IMG/VR virus record: IMGVR_UViG_3300007539_000123
Coordinates: 1 to 30,167 of that record
From: a virus
Taxonomy: Duplodnaviria > Caudoviricetes
Length of the DNA stretch: 30,167 nucleotides
Strand: one strand, 5' to 3'
Part shown: positions 1 through 10,460 of the stretch, piece after piece
Layout of the letters: the number at the start of each line of letters is the position of its first letter
Numbering within the stretch: the stretch's first letter is position 1
Program-made: the position numbers and the translations under genes
Notes under the pieces: generated by a model
Seen by the model: the letters and a program-made list of their open reading frames with translations, nothing else
The model's database searches: none
Told to the model about the DNA's origin: nothing

Positions 1-270
1 ATTGGCATCCAAAGTTGTTTCTTGTGTGGTTACTGCTACTTTTAGGCTATTTGAAAAACCCTTTCCACTTGGAACAGTTGTAGACTGGGATTGAGTTACG
101 CCAAGCTGGTCAAAGTTCAAAAAGTCAACTTTATATCTATCTACTGAATGATAACCTGATGATGTGCTACTCGTTCCCCTCTGCGAGACAGCCATATTTC
201 CGTTGATGATGAGGTTTCTCGCACCTACATATTGCTCCTGCGAGGCAGGTAGTATTTTACTTAATGCCAT
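1..270 (-). CDS. Tail fibre/spike-associated protein with carbohydrate-binding-like domain (partial, runs off the left edge)
   Basis: Not in the ORF track. ATG at 270 overlaps the TAA of the upstream gene. It reads MALSKILPASQEQYVGARNLIINGNMAVSQRGTS... and stays open to the window edge. The RNLIING.M.(V/I).QRGTS motif is typical of marine phage tail-associated proteins. Confidence 0.7.
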   Translation of the reverse strand, partial: MALSKILPASQEQYVGARNLIINGNMAVSQRGTSSTSSGYHSVDRYKVDFLNFDQLGVTQSQSTTVPSGKGFSNSLKVAVTTQETTLDAN

Positions 271-1130
271 TATGCTATCCTCACTACTGATAAATAAGTA
301 CAGCGAGTAGACTGTCCGAAAGTTGTCGATACCAATCCATCTGTATCTGCCTCTATTTCATAAGTACCGCTACCAAGAGTATTAACACGACATTGCACTC
401 TTATCTTCATGCTGGAAGATGTGTTTTTGAATATTGTTTGCCCTTGTAAAGTTATTGAACCTACAGGGTCATTTTGGTCATCCAAAAGTCTAGCCGCAGA
501 CCCAAATTCATGGTCTGTTATTGTGTTTGAAAAATCATCGGTTGAAAATTGCACTCTTGCACACGGCTCAACGATGTCTTCAACACTAACCGAATCAGAA
601 CGTAGACCTACAGAATAAGAAACAAGATAAACACCATCAGCACTGTCAAATTGGTAGGCATCAAGTGAACTATCAAAGTTTGATTTTGTATCGTATTTAA
701 CAGTTCCGTTTCCGCCAAAATCCACCACTATAGAAGCTGAGTCAGCGTGGCCTGTTGTTGCTGTGGTTAAAGCAACTTGGAAGTATTCTTTGTTAGGCTG
801 AGATAGTATTCCAGAAACTTCAATGTTTGTGTCCAGCTTGGCTGATGTCACAGAGCCATCTGGCGGCACGATAGTCTGCAAAGCCAAGCCGTTATACACC
901 ACATAGATGTCATCGGTTGCCACGACAGAACCAGTCAGCGTTACAGTTGTATCTGATACGCTGTAAGCTGTAGTCGGCTCTTGGCGAACATTATTGATAA
1001 ACAGGTCAATGCTCTCAGGTCCAGCAACAGCATGGCTCAGTGTCAGGCTAGTACCTGTAGCACCAGTCAGGTCTTGCTTTGCAGGTAGACTGCTATAAGC
1101 GTTAGTGCTTTGATTACCTACATATCCCAT
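270..1130 (-). CDS. Tail fibre-associated structural protein
   Basis: 286 aa, Thr/Ser/Val-rich beta-type sequence. The N-terminal MGYVGN...LFINNVRQEP..AY...TLTG motif is common in marine phage tail modules. It lies in the tail cluster. Confidence 0.65.
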   Translation of the reverse strand: MGYVGNQSTNAYSSLPAKQDLTGATGTSLTLSHAVAGPESIDLFINNVRQEPTTAYSVSDTTVTLTGSVVATDDIYVVYNGLALQTIVPPDGSVTSAKLDTNIEVSGILSQPNKEYFQVALTTATTGHADSASIVVDFGGNGTVKYDTKSNFDSSLDAYQFDSADGVYLVSYSVGLRSDSVSVEDIVEPCARVQFSTDDFSNTITDHEFGSAARLLDDQNDPVGSITLQGQTIFKNTSSSMKIRVQCRVNTLGSGTYEIEADTDGLVSTTFGQSTRCTYLSVVRIA

Positions 1131-1137
1131 GTGTCAC

Positions 1138-1524
1138 CTATGTTGCTGGCGTACTGATTGAATCAACTACAGAAACCCAAACATCTAATGAGTTTGCTGT
1201 GTCAGATTTAACAAATAATCTGTCCCCAGATTTTACTACAATTTTTGCTCCGCCATCCATAATCTGCAAAGCACCGCCAGCAGGGATAGGGGCACCCTTT
1301 ACTAAATAATATTCTTGGTTTCCAGCAGAGTCCGTAGAGCCAGCTCCGCCCTCAGAAGTAGTGTTGTCTGTTATAAAGACATCTACAGTAATTGCGTTTG
1401 TTGTTCTGTTAGCGCAATGAATACCTACAATAGTATCTACGCTATCAAAGTTTGCACCATCAGGAATATCTGTTGCCGCTGTGCCAACATTTCTTACTGC
1501 GTATCTGTGAAAATTCTGTGGCAT
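1138..1524 (-). CDS. Small tail fibre-associated structural protein
   Basis: 128 aa, RBS GGAG upstream. Follows the fibre ending in ...AMAIAL, a pairing typical of marine phage tail modules (motif YLVKGAPIPAGGALQI..G.KIVV..GD.L.V.SDTANSLDV). Confidence 0.65.
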   Translation of the reverse strand: MPQNFHRYAVRNVGTAATDIPDGANFDSVDTIVGIHCANRTTNAITVDVFITDNTTSEGGAGSTDSAGNQEYYLVKGAPIPAGGALQIMDGGAKIVVKSGDRLFVKSDTANSLDVWVSVVDSISTPAT

Positions 1525-1533
1525 CTTTAACTC

Positions 1534-2847
1534 CTATAATGCGATTGCCATCGCTATGCTAAACCCATTAGTAGCAAAGTTTGTTGTGTCTTGGACAGCA
1601 TCATTCCAATTAGTACCGTCATAAACACGAAGTATGTTATTGGTTGTATTGAAATATAAATCACCCGCTTCTAAAGCCTGACTGTCTGAAGGGTCGGCAT
1701 CGTATGGGTCTTGTGTTGGGTCAGAAGAATGTGGCCCAAGATATTTATTTTCAAAATCTTGTTGAACATACGATTGTGCTTGTTCAGCCCAGTAACGTGC
1801 GGAATAGTTAGAGCCATCAACAGTAGTGTTTGTTGCAAATGAATTGCCACCGCCTAATGCCCATTGTTTAGCAGAACCAGTGTTCATGCCTGTGTTTTGA
1901 CCAGTGCCGATAGAATATTCTTTAGCTGAATACTCTGTGCCATCTACGTTACTGCCTGTTTCTGTGGCCCACTCTTTTGCCGCACCAGAACCAGCCGTGT
2001 CAGTTACGCCTGTACCGCCAATAGCCCATGCCTTAGATGCATAGTTGCCAGTATCAGAACCGTTTTCCTGAACCTGACCATCAACCTTAGTTGCATAATC
2101 TTTGGCTTCTTGTGCATGTTCCTCTGCGTTTTGAATATCAGTAAGATTTGCAACAACAGTGGCAATGTTAGCTGTATCGCCAGCAACAGTAGTAACGCTA
2201 GAATCAATGTTAGCAACAGTTGTTACGTTAGCTTGTATGCCAGCTACCGTTGTAACATTTGCAGATATACCAGCTACAGTGTTTATGTTTGCTGATTGTG
2301 CTGAAACAGTATTTACAGAGCCAATGCTAGGTCCAGCTTCAGGCAGTCCACTTGTGGCATTAAAAGCCAATACTGTGCCTTTGCGAGTATCAAGGTTAGG
2401 AAGCTTTAGGTTTGCACTAGCATCAGAATCAGCAAGACCCATTGTTCTGCTAATCTTAGTCTCAAGTTCCTGCTCAATAGCTGTAATTCTATCAAGTTCT
2501 GTATTTAGTGAGTTTACATTAAAAGGCCCAGACGTTGGGAAGTCTGTGGTTCTTGATACCTCAATGTCTCTAAATATAGTAAATGTAAATGTATTAGCGT
2601 AATCATCGCCTAATGTTACATAACCACCAGAGAATCCATCATCTACAGCAGTTCCAACAACAGCAAAAGTACCAGTTGCAGTTCCTCTTGTTAAAACAGT
2701 GTCTACACCAGCATTTGTTGTGGCAATAACATTGATGTTATCTAATTCAAAAAATGGGAAATCAACCGTCAACTGCGTTGTGTCAGCAGTTACCGCTTGT
2801 GAATATTGAACTCTAGCATCGTTATCCGCAATTGATATAGTAGCCAT
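1534..2847 (-). CDS. Tail fibre protein (podovirus adaptor-type N-terminus)
   Basis: 437 aa. The N-terminus (RVQY...FPFF...RTTDF...LNTELDRIT..EQE) resembles the T7 gp17-like tail-attachment domain. It has internal repeats and directly follows the internal virion genes. Confidence 0.8.
   Translation of the reverse strand: MATISIADNDARVQYSQAVTADTTQLTVDFPFFELDNINVIATTNAGVDTVLTRGTATGTFAVVGTAVDDGFSGGYVTLGDDYANTFTFTIFRDIEVSRTTDFPTSGPFNVNSLNTELDRITAIEQELETKISRTMGLADSDASANLKLPNLDTRKGTVLAFNATSGLPEAGPSIGSVNTVSAQSANINTVAGISANVTTVAGIQANVTTVANIDSSVTTVAGDTANIATVVANLTDIQNAEEHAQEAKDYATKVDGQVQENGSDTGNYASKAWAIGGTGVTDTAGSGAAKEWATETGSNVDGTEYSAKEYSIGTGQNTGMNTGSAKQWALGGGNSFATNTTVDGSNYSARYWAEQAQSYVQQDFENKYLGPHSSDPTQDPYDADPSDSQALEAGDLYFNTTNNILRVYDGTNWNDAVQDTTNFATNGFSIAMAIAL
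2142..2290 (-). repeat. Tandem 10-aa (30-nt) coding repeats in the tail fibre shaft
   Basis: NINTVAGISA NVTTVAGIQA NVTTVANIDS SVTTVAGDTA NIATVVANL, about 5 imperfect units. Boundaries are approximate. Confidence 0.8.
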
Positions 2848-2854
2848 CTAATAT

Positions 2855-5800
2855 CTATCCTCTAAAATCTTCGGTTTGTCTATTCACATTCCCACCAAAA
2901 ACCCCGTCATATATGGGGTCCATGTACCAAAGGTTGCCTGTAGGAAATATAAATCTAAGGTCTTCTGCTGTCTTATTGTTTACGTTTCCGTTTACAATAT
3001 CACCCATTATGCTAGTAGCATTAAGAGATGTACTTGCGGCAGGACCAAAAATAGAACTCATCTTTGCAGTAGGGTGGACAGGATAAGATGGCTGGTCTGT
3101 AAGCATTGGACGCATACCCATCTTATAGTCACTAAGTTTTTCTATAGAATTATTAACATCCATAAACCAACCAAGAATGCCAGAACGGTCTACTGCATTA
3201 ACAATCTTTTGGTCAAAGCTTTCATCTCTAGTCATTCCATACTGCTGACGTTTGATTTCATTAATAAGGCCAGCTAAACCAACAATAAGGAATGCGCCTT
3301 GCCAAAATGCAGCATCCTTTTCCTGCAATCCAGATGTAAGCATCCTAATCATTGCGCCTTGTCCATAAGACTTAAACTGTGTCATTAGTGAGCCAAACTC
3401 AGTTGATGTCCATAAAGCTCTATCTCCGGCCCCAGGGGTTATGATAGTTCTCTCCACTTGTTGGTTAAGGGCGTTTCTAAACTTCAAAACATCGTTTCTA
3501 AACGTCCAGTCATCTGTATTAGGCAACCATTGACCACCTTGTTTTTCGCCATGCTTTAGAATTTCACTTCTCATTACTCCGTAGCTTTGCTGGTCTATAC
3601 CATTAGTAAGAAGCTTTTCTTTCTGTCTTTGGCTTAAACTGGTCCATCCACCCTTTTTCATAATGTCATTAGTCATTCTAAGCATGGTGACGTTACCAGA
3701 CATTTCCTTTAAAGCTTGGTTCCATATATTCAAACCATTCATAAAAAAGAACATACCAGTTGCATCATTAAGGCTTCTTTCAAGCGCAAACCTGTTGCCA
3801 AATAAATCTCCAATGTCTGACATAGCATGTGCTCTTAGGCCAAGAGTTGCGTCAACAGCAATAGCGGCCCTGTCCAATTCACCTTTAGACATCTTGGCTA
3901 TTGTTGCGGCTTGCTCATCAAACATTCTAGCAAAACCTTTGCCGTATGCATTCACCAAACCCTCGGTCATAACAATTCTAGCTACATCAGGAACAGAAGA
4001 AACCATTGCGCTTCCCATGCCAACAAGAACATTAAATGATTTCATAACTCTTATTGAACGGCTTGATAAAGCATGGGGGTCTTTAGATGCGCCGTAAGTG
4101 CCACGAAGCCTGTCTCTCAGGCCTCTTATGTCAGTTAAGTCTCTTTCCATAGACTGAGCCAAACTGCTTCTTTTGGAAGCATCAGCAGTCTCATCTATAA
4201 GTCTTTGGTATTCGTCAGTAACTTGCTTTAATGTGTCGTCCATAGTCACAGAGCCATACTTTCTAGTAAGCTCTATATCCATTCCCATTGTTTTAACGTG
4301 ATGACGTACAAGAGTCTCAATGTCATTCTCAAGAAACTCTTCTAATACATCATCAGGAACTTCTACAGTTCTAGACTTTGCTCCTGCTGGATTAGATAAA
4401 AACTCAAGATTGTTTGACTCATCAAGATTGTAGTAAGGCTTTCTTCTTGTTACCTCATCAAGAACTTGCCTTGCAATTTTGTTGGCTTGCGTAGCGTTCA
4501 TGCCTTTGTTTGCTATGTACCAGTTACTAACTTTAGACAAAAACCTTGGAACATTCTCTTCAATCTTATCTATTCTATAAACCCTGTTTAAGTAGGACTC
4601 GGCAGTATTAACAGAAACCCCACTAGCTCTAATATCATTTAATCTGTTTTCAGCTTTAGATATTTGACGAGCAGAAGCACCAGTAGCTTTAAGTTTTTCT
4701 ATCTCTATTCTGGCTTCCTTTTCAAACAGACGAACAGACTGAGCTTCGTTTTTAATCCTGTCATATAGCTTTCTATATCCCTTTGCCGCACTTGTTACTG
4801 CTTGAGATGCGGCATCACCCATATTGTCAACATCGCCCCTTCTCATTGCCATGCCAACTCTTGTTCTAAATTGTACGTCAGTCAGTGTTCCATCTGCTCT
4901 GTTAAAAATATCACCAGCACTGAGCTTTATCATTTGAAATGCACGACCAGCATCAGATTTAGAAGACTCAACGCCCCTGTACTTTAAATAAGCCATATCA
5001 GATTCACGAACAGCAGATAGTAGCTCAGAGTAGTATTTGGTTCTAAATGTTGTTTCTACAGACTGCTCCATAGCCTCTTCTGCACTTCTGACCTTTTTCT
5101 GCATCATGCCGCCAACATCTGTCATCCCAATCCCTAAGTTTCTTACTATAGGATTTGGACTAGACATCATTCTTAAAACAGGATTCCAGCCAAGCTTTTC
5201 AATCCCTATACCAGTTGCTTCAAGACCTTCTTGCTCTAACTGCTCGTAAGCTCTAGTTCTTGCTGTCTCAGGACTTGCCATAGCACCAGCATCACGACCC
5301 AAAAAGTTCTTTCTAAAGTTTTCTTGGTCAACTTTCATTTGAGCTATTTGTGAAGCAGTCATCTTTTTGCCAAAAGCAACAGCAAGCGTTCCACCCAAAA
5401 TACCGCCAACAGCTAAAGCTACAGCAGTATTGCCAGCATCCCTTGCCTCGTTTTGACTTTCAATAAAAGCCTGTTGAGGAGCTGTCATTGCATATGTAAA
5501 TGCAGTTCCGCCTAAAAATCTACGAATTTTTCCAGCTCTCATAACTTGAATAGGAGCTATTGGAGACATAATGGTGGGGGTTGCTAAAGCCCAAGCCGCA
5601 CTAAAGGCCGCCCCATGTCTACTAGATTCTATAATCTCCATGTCTTTTGCGTCTTCTTTCATTCTGCGAACTTTTTCCATAGACTCGCCATGACTTCGTG
5701 AGTGACGGAAAAACAAAAGACCGTCCTCTCCAACTTCTCGTTTGAGCCTTTGGTCATTGAAAGAAGAGTAACCCTCTTCAGGTTTTTGATTAGGGTCTAA

Positions 5801-7024
5801 AGAACTATTAATCATCCTGCCTATTGAATGAGCAATGTTATATTGCCTTCCTGAAGACATAAAAGCTTGCCCAACACTAGGATTAAACATTGAATAATCA
5901 AATGTATTTTGATCGTTTATACTAGGAACCCTGTCTCCAAATCTAAGCTCACTTTGATACCCATCAAGAAACATTTTATCTTGCTTGATGTTATTGTAAC
6001 TAGGCAACATTTTATCTGCCTTAGTATTAGCAATGGGAGATAGTAACTCTTGTTGTATAGAAGAAGTAGACCTTTCAACTTGCATCTGCTGTGTATCGGC
6101 AGACTGCATTTGCTGAGTAGGTGTTGCTTCTTCTGGAACTGAATAACTTGTTTGACCTGTAACAGTCGGGAGGCTGGTATCTTCACCAACAACAAACTGT
6201 TCCAGAAATGGGTCTACCTCTGGCATCTCATCAAGAGCAGGAACACCATCTTCATCAATAAAAGGTCTAGGTTGTGATTCTACAGGTTCGGCAACAATTC
6301 TTTTGCCAGTCACTACTTCACTGTCTTGTATAGCTTTCTGTGCTCTTTCAACAACTTGCTTATCAGTAGGTTCAACGGTGCCTAAGTCACCCTCTTCACC
6401 ACTAATCATAGCCTGCTGTATGCCTAGTTGTTTATCTCTTTCTAACTCTGATTCAAATTTTTTTTTTGCTTCCAAACTCTCTTCTGGTTCAGTTGCTTCA
6501 AAATAATCTGCTTCTTTGTTTCTTCTGCTAGGGTATTTGTCTTGGAAGTTTCTAAGATTTTTTACTGCGGCATCCCAATCATCTTCTGTAACTTGTCTCC
6601 AAAAGTTAGGAGTCTCACTGGCTAAGTCACCATACTGAAATGCGGCAGATGCAATAACAGTAGCCTTGTTCTTTGGAAGCTCAGAAAACTCTTGTCCTGT
6701 TTTTTCTTTCCATTTACGAGATAGATTTTCTGTTGCTTCAGCTTTAGAAAACTCATTAATGATATTGGCTTGTTCACTTGATACTTTTAGATTCCCTGCC
6801 ATCTCTTCTGCTTTAGCACCTTTAAAGCCAAGATAAGGTGTTAGCAAATCAATAATATCTTGAGGCAAACCAGATAGGTCACTTAAAGCTCTTGCCCCAA
6901 GGTCAAACCCACTGGCAATAGTAACGCCAGATTTAGAGCCTTCTGCATCAGGAACCGTACCTGTAAGGCTGTTTCCTTCTAGAGTTTTAATAAAATCCCA
7001 ATCAATATTGCTCATTATTTCCAA
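2855..7024 (-). CDS. Large internal virion (ejection) protein with N-terminal pesticin-like muramidase domain
   Basis: 1389 aa, in the T7 gp16-equivalent position. The N-terminal ~175 aa (IDWDFIKTLEG...VPD...SGVTIASGFDLG...PYLGFKG...RR.KEADY) match the pesticin C-terminal/T4-lysozyme-like pattern. The true start may be the Met at 7015. Confidence 0.8.
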   Translation of the reverse strand: MEIMSNIDWDFIKTLEGNSLTGTVPDAEGSKSGVTIASGFDLGARALSDLSGLPQDIIDLLTPYLGFKGAKAEEMAGNLKVSSEQANIINEFSKAEATENLSRKWKEKTGQEFSELPKNKATVIASAAFQYGDLASETPNFWRQVTEDDWDAAVKNLRNFQDKYPSRRNKEADYFEATEPEESLEAKKKFESELERDKQLGIQQAMISGEEGDLGTVEPTDKQVVERAQKAIQDSEVVTGKRIVAEPVESQPRPFIDEDGVPALDEMPEVDPFLEQFVVGEDTSLPTVTGQTSYSVPEEATPTQQMQSADTQQMQVERSTSSIQQELLSPIANTKADKMLPSYNNIKQDKMFLDGYQSELRFGDRVPSINDQNTFDYSMFNPSVGQAFMSSGRQYNIAHSIGRMINSSLDPNQKPEEGYSSFNDQRLKREVGEDGLLFFRHSRSHGESMEKVRRMKEDAKDMEIIESSRHGAAFSAAWALATPTIMSPIAPIQVMRAGKIRRFLGGTAFTYAMTAPQQAFIESQNEARDAGNTAVALAVGGILGGTLAVAFGKKMTASQIAQMKVDQENFRKNFLGRDAGAMASPETARTRAYEQLEQEGLEATGIGIEKLGWNPVLRMMSSPNPIVRNLGIGMTDVGGMMQKKVRSAEEAMEQSVETTFRTKYYSELLSAVRESDMAYLKYRGVESSKSDAGRAFQMIKLSAGDIFNRADGTLTDVQFRTRVGMAMRRGDVDNMGDAASQAVTSAAKGYRKLYDRIKNEAQSVRLFEKEARIEIEKLKATGASARQISKAENRLNDIRASGVSVNTAESYLNRVYRIDKIEENVPRFLSKVSNWYIANKGMNATQANKIARQVLDEVTRRKPYYNLDESNNLEFLSNPAGAKSRTVEVPDDVLEEFLENDIETLVRHHVKTMGMDIELTRKYGSVTMDDTLKQVTDEYQRLIDETADASKRSSLAQSMERDLTDIRGLRDRLRGTYGASKDPHALSSRSIRVMKSFNVLVGMGSAMVSSVPDVARIVMTEGLVNAYGKGFARMFDEQAATIAKMSKGELDRAAIAVDATLGLRAHAMSDIGDLFGNRFALERSLNDATGMFFFMNGLNIWNQALKEMSGNVTMLRMTNDIMKKGGWTSLSQRQKEKLLTNGIDQQSYGVMRSEILKHGEKQGGQWLPNTDDWTFRNDVLKFRNALNQQVERTIITPGAGDRALWTSTEFGSLMTQFKSYGQGAMIRMLTSGLQEKDAAFWQGAFLIVGLAGLINEIKRQQYGMTRDESFDQKIVNAVDRSGILGWFMDVNNSIEKLSDYKMGMRPMLTDQPSYPVHPTAKMSSIFGPAASTSLNATSIMGDIVNGNVNNKTAEDLRFIFPTGNLWYMDPIYDGVFGGNVNRQTEDFRG

Positions 7025-10000
7025 CCCAATCCATAAAAACTTTCTAACATATACATAAATTCTGAGGCTTCTTCTTTTGTAAAAGGACTCCCAAATTGTT
7101 CAATAAACTCAGGAGGCGCTCCTGGACTTGTATTGTATATAATGTCCTTAATCCCATTCATAAGAGGAATTAGGCTTCTGTCGTTTTGAGTTCTTTCATA
7201 CGCATCAAAACTACCTTGTAAAACTTGCCTATCTAATAAACCAGCCATAGACCAAATTTGTTTCATTTTATCTGATTTAAGAGAATTTACTGCTTTTTGG
7301 TAATTTTCGTTTTGTGAAGAATGATTAAAATCATAGCTATAAGAGTCAGCAACAACAAACGGTCTTCCATCTCTATCTACCATAGTCACTGTATAAGTTT
7401 GTGGACCACCAAAATTATCATTAGCTGTATAGTGTAAATATGATTTATTTAATGGTGAATCAGAGCCAACTAAACTAAGGCCTTCAGCCATTTCTTTAGA
7501 CATAAAAGAATTTCCAGCCATAATTTTATTAACAACATCATTGTCAATATTTTCTTGAGTTAATTCAATGTTAGGCTTCGTTTCACTTCCAAACTTAGTA
7601 ACTGGAACAGTAGCTTGAGCGTATGTAAGAATAGGTCTTTCAACTAAATTAACTTTTCCAGTCTCAGGATTTTCTTGATAACCAAATCTTTTGCCCATTG
7701 TAATCATTACATCACGCATGATTTCTTTTTTAGCGCCTATTCCTCTGCTTTCAATAAGTCTAGAAAAGTAAATATCTTTCATTGCTTGTCTTATAACGGG
7801 GTCTTTAACGGTTGCACCTTTAATTTCAGCTACCTTCAAACCACCTGCTCTAGCAAACTCCTCCAATTGTCTTTGCCTAAACTCACTAATTTGAGGATTA
7901 AACATAGACCACCAATCATGTCCATGTGTGGCTTCAGCAAATACTTCGTCAAACTCTCTATCTACCGCAACATCAATAGTTTCGCCATCTTTTCTTTGAC
8001 CAATATATGAAGACAAGTCACGATTAAGGTCTACTTTCTTTCCAGCTTGAAATACTTCTCTAGCAAGGTCAACTGAACCTATATCACCTATAAGCTTGAA
8101 GTATGCTCTTTGGTCATCTGATATATTGTTTTTATCATAAAAGTCTGACAAATGAGATTTATAATCACGACCATGCTCTTTTTGCATAGCAGAAACAATT
8201 TGACCCATTATTCGCATAGAAATTTCTGCGGCCTCTGGATTATAAAGTGACTGTTTAATAATTCTTTCGGCTTGAGGATGCAAAGAACCATTTGTTACAG
8301 AGGCAAATCTATCAACCGTATCAACGGATGCTTCAAAAAGTTCTGGGTCTGAACTTGTAAGGTCCATTTGAGTGATGGTTCCGTCATTTAAAATAGCAAT
8401 ATCTGCCCCTTCTTTTTCTACTAATATATTTCTTTCTGCCTCAGTAAGAGTAATGCCTAAACGTGCATTGCCTTTTGCTCTTGCCAAAAGATTTACATCT
8501 GCAATGTGTTTTTTGTATTTTTTAGCATAAGAATTAACGGCGCTTTGATATTTAAAAACATCTCCGTATGCACCATTTTTCCCTATTACGCCTTTTTCAA
8601 CTAAGGAAGGAATTATCGACTCAAAATAAACAGGAGAAGCCGCAAATGAACTTGTATCCCCAAGTTCTTTGCTAATTGCTAGGCCAGCTAAATTTCTGTT
8701 TTCTTGAAAGGCAATATTGTCTATATAAGCAAGATAGTTTTCTCTTACAGGAAGCCATTTGTCATAACCAATTTCGCCATCAACAAACTGTTGTTTAATA
8801 TCTTGATAATTATCCATAATTAAAAATTCATCAGGAGTCCCGACTAATGAAGACCACGCTCCTACAACAGCACTAGAACCAGAATATATATCATTGATGT
8901 TTTGCTTGACCCTAGCTTCACTTTGGCTAACTGCAGAAGCAAGCTGACCACCCTCAAGATTCCATATCATGTGCTTTGGATTTGAAAGCATATCATCAAC
9001 ATTTAATCCGTTAATATATATGTCTTTAATAATCTGTTGATATATTGCGTTCCTATTAAATTTTTCCTGTGACCTCTCTGCTCTCCTAATGTTTTCCATT
9101 TGGCTTGCAGTTCTAAACAATACTGTAGAAAGAGTGTCAGCATCTACTGAAGGGTTTGTTTGAGCGTCTTTAACAATCCCACCAATAGCTCTTAATGCGC
9201 CAGCTTCTCCCTCTGCTGTAAAGATTCTCTCTATGTGGGCTTGCCCAACTCTAGACGCAATAACAGTAGCACTTTTGTCTCTAAGCTTTTGTATATCTGA
9301 ATCTAAAACACCATTTGTTTTAAGTACATTAAAAGCCTCTTCTTGCTCCTCAATAAGCTCACTAACCATAAGCTCGTGACCGACTTGAGATTCGTCTGTA
9401 TCACCAGCACCCTTTGAGTAAAGGACACCAAGCTTTTCTGTATTCAAATCAATAAGAGAAACAGCAGAGTTAGATTGGTCTGCTCTTGTGTTCTGTTGCT
9501 GTTGGGCTAGGGCTTTATTTTCAGCTACCTTAAAAGCCGCATCAACCTTTGGGCCTAATGCAGAATATACCTCATCATCTAAGTCACTAATTCCTGCAAA
9601 ATAACCACTAGCAGAACCCCTAATGCCATCTGGATTAGCTGGGTTAGCAATCAATGCTTGATTAGCGGCACTCTCAATATCAATGGTAGCATTTGCTACA
9701 TAGGATGTTATAGCAGACTTTCTGTATTGCCTTAATACAGCATCTCTGTCACGGCTTGAAAACAACTCAGACTCTTTGCCGTAGTCGAGGTTGGTGAGAG
9801 GAACAAGTGTTCTATTGCCATCTTTATCTACGCTGTATGTTACGCCAGCAGTTTTGCCATCTATCTCTGCTTGAAGAATAGCATCGTTGAATTGAGACTT
9901 TCTTACATCAAGACCAATATTATAAGCCTGATTAGCAACACCCTCATAAATAGATGCCGCTTTTTTAAATCCAGACAAATCTGGGCCACCTACAGGAGAT

Positions 10001-10041
10001 ACAAATGCAGACCGACCTTGTGTTTTTTTAAAAGCCATCAA
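7015..10041 (-). CDS. Internal virion protein (gp15-like position)
   Basis: 1008 aa, predicted mostly helical. Lies between the small and large internal virion genes with overlapping start/stop codons. Called from position only. Confidence 0.6.
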   Translation of the reverse strand: MMAFKKTQGRSAFVSPVGGPDLSGFKKAASIYEGVANQAYNIGLDVRKSQFNDAILQAEIDGKTAGVTYSVDKDGNRTLVPLTNLDYGKESELFSSRDRDAVLRQYRKSAITSYVANATIDIESAANQALIANPANPDGIRGSASGYFAGISDLDDEVYSALGPKVDAAFKVAENKALAQQQQNTRADQSNSAVSLIDLNTEKLGVLYSKGAGDTDESQVGHELMVSELIEEQEEAFNVLKTNGVLDSDIQKLRDKSATVIASRVGQAHIERIFTAEGEAGALRAIGGIVKDAQTNPSVDADTLSTVLFRTASQMENIRRAERSQEKFNRNAIYQQIIKDIYINGLNVDDMLSNPKHMIWNLEGGQLASAVSQSEARVKQNINDIYSGSSAVVGAWSSLVGTPDEFLIMDNYQDIKQQFVDGEIGYDKWLPVRENYLAYIDNIAFQENRNLAGLAISKELGDTSSFAASPVYFESIIPSLVEKGVIGKNGAYGDVFKYQSAVNSYAKKYKKHIADVNLLARAKGNARLGITLTEAERNILVEKEGADIAILNDGTITQMDLTSSDPELFEASVDTVDRFASVTNGSLHPQAERIIKQSLYNPEAAEISMRIMGQIVSAMQKEHGRDYKSHLSDFYDKNNISDDQRAYFKLIGDIGSVDLAREVFQAGKKVDLNRDLSSYIGQRKDGETIDVAVDREFDEVFAEATHGHDWWSMFNPQISEFRQRQLEEFARAGGLKVAEIKGATVKDPVIRQAMKDIYFSRLIESRGIGAKKEIMRDVMITMGKRFGYQENPETGKVNLVERPILTYAQATVPVTKFGSETKPNIELTQENIDNDVVNKIMAGNSFMSKEMAEGLSLVGSDSPLNKSYLHYTANDNFGGPQTYTVTMVDRDGRPFVVADSYSYDFNHSSQNENYQKAVNSLKSDKMKQIWSMAGLLDRQVLQGSFDAYERTQNDRSLIPLMNGIKDIIYNTSPGAPPEFIEQFGSPFTKEEASEFMYMLESFYGLGWK

Positions 10042-10460
10042 TTATTACCTTTATGAATAGAGTAAGCCGCAGTACCAGCCTTTGACAAAGCGCCAAGAGT
10101 GGAAGCCTTTCCAGCCGCTTGAGAACCAGCAGCACTTATACCAAACTTGCGTCTAGCAGAAGAACCCATAAGCCTAATACTATTAATGTCTGCTTTAGCC
10201 ATATCCTTTTCATCTCTAATCAAAGCTCCTGTTGAACCTGATGTGCCAATAGTAACACCTCTTGCAGAAGAGGATGTGCCAAGTGATGCTATCTGCATCC
10301 TTAACTTTCTGTTTCTCTCAGTTTCTTGCTGACCAGCTTGTATCTTAGCCATATCAGCCTGCTCTTTATAAGACTGAGCTTCCATTTCGTAGACGCCTTT
10401 TTGCTGTCTAGCGGCGCCTAAACCTAAAACAACACTGGCAATTTGCATCTCAACGCCCAT
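10038..10460 (-). CDS. Internal virion protein (gp14-like position)
   Basis: 140 aa, Ala/Gly/Ser/Gln-rich with a hydrophobic N-terminus. Immediately follows tail tubular protein B. Confidence 0.65.
   Translation of the reverse strand: MGVEMQIASVVLGLGAARQQKGVYEMEAQSYKEQADMAKIQAGQQETERNRKLRMQIASLGTSSSARGVTIGTSGSTGALIRDEKDMAKADINSIRLMGSSARRKFGISAAGSQAAGKASTLGALSKAGTAAYSIHKGNN

Noticed and set aside
2142-2290. Periodic 30-nt repeats as a possible CRISPR array
   Set aside because: They are degenerate in-frame coding repeats with no unique spacers.
1-2847. Diversity-generating retroelement, suggested by the BPP-1-like head genes
   Set aside because: No reverse transcriptase and no template/variable repeat pair seen in the window.
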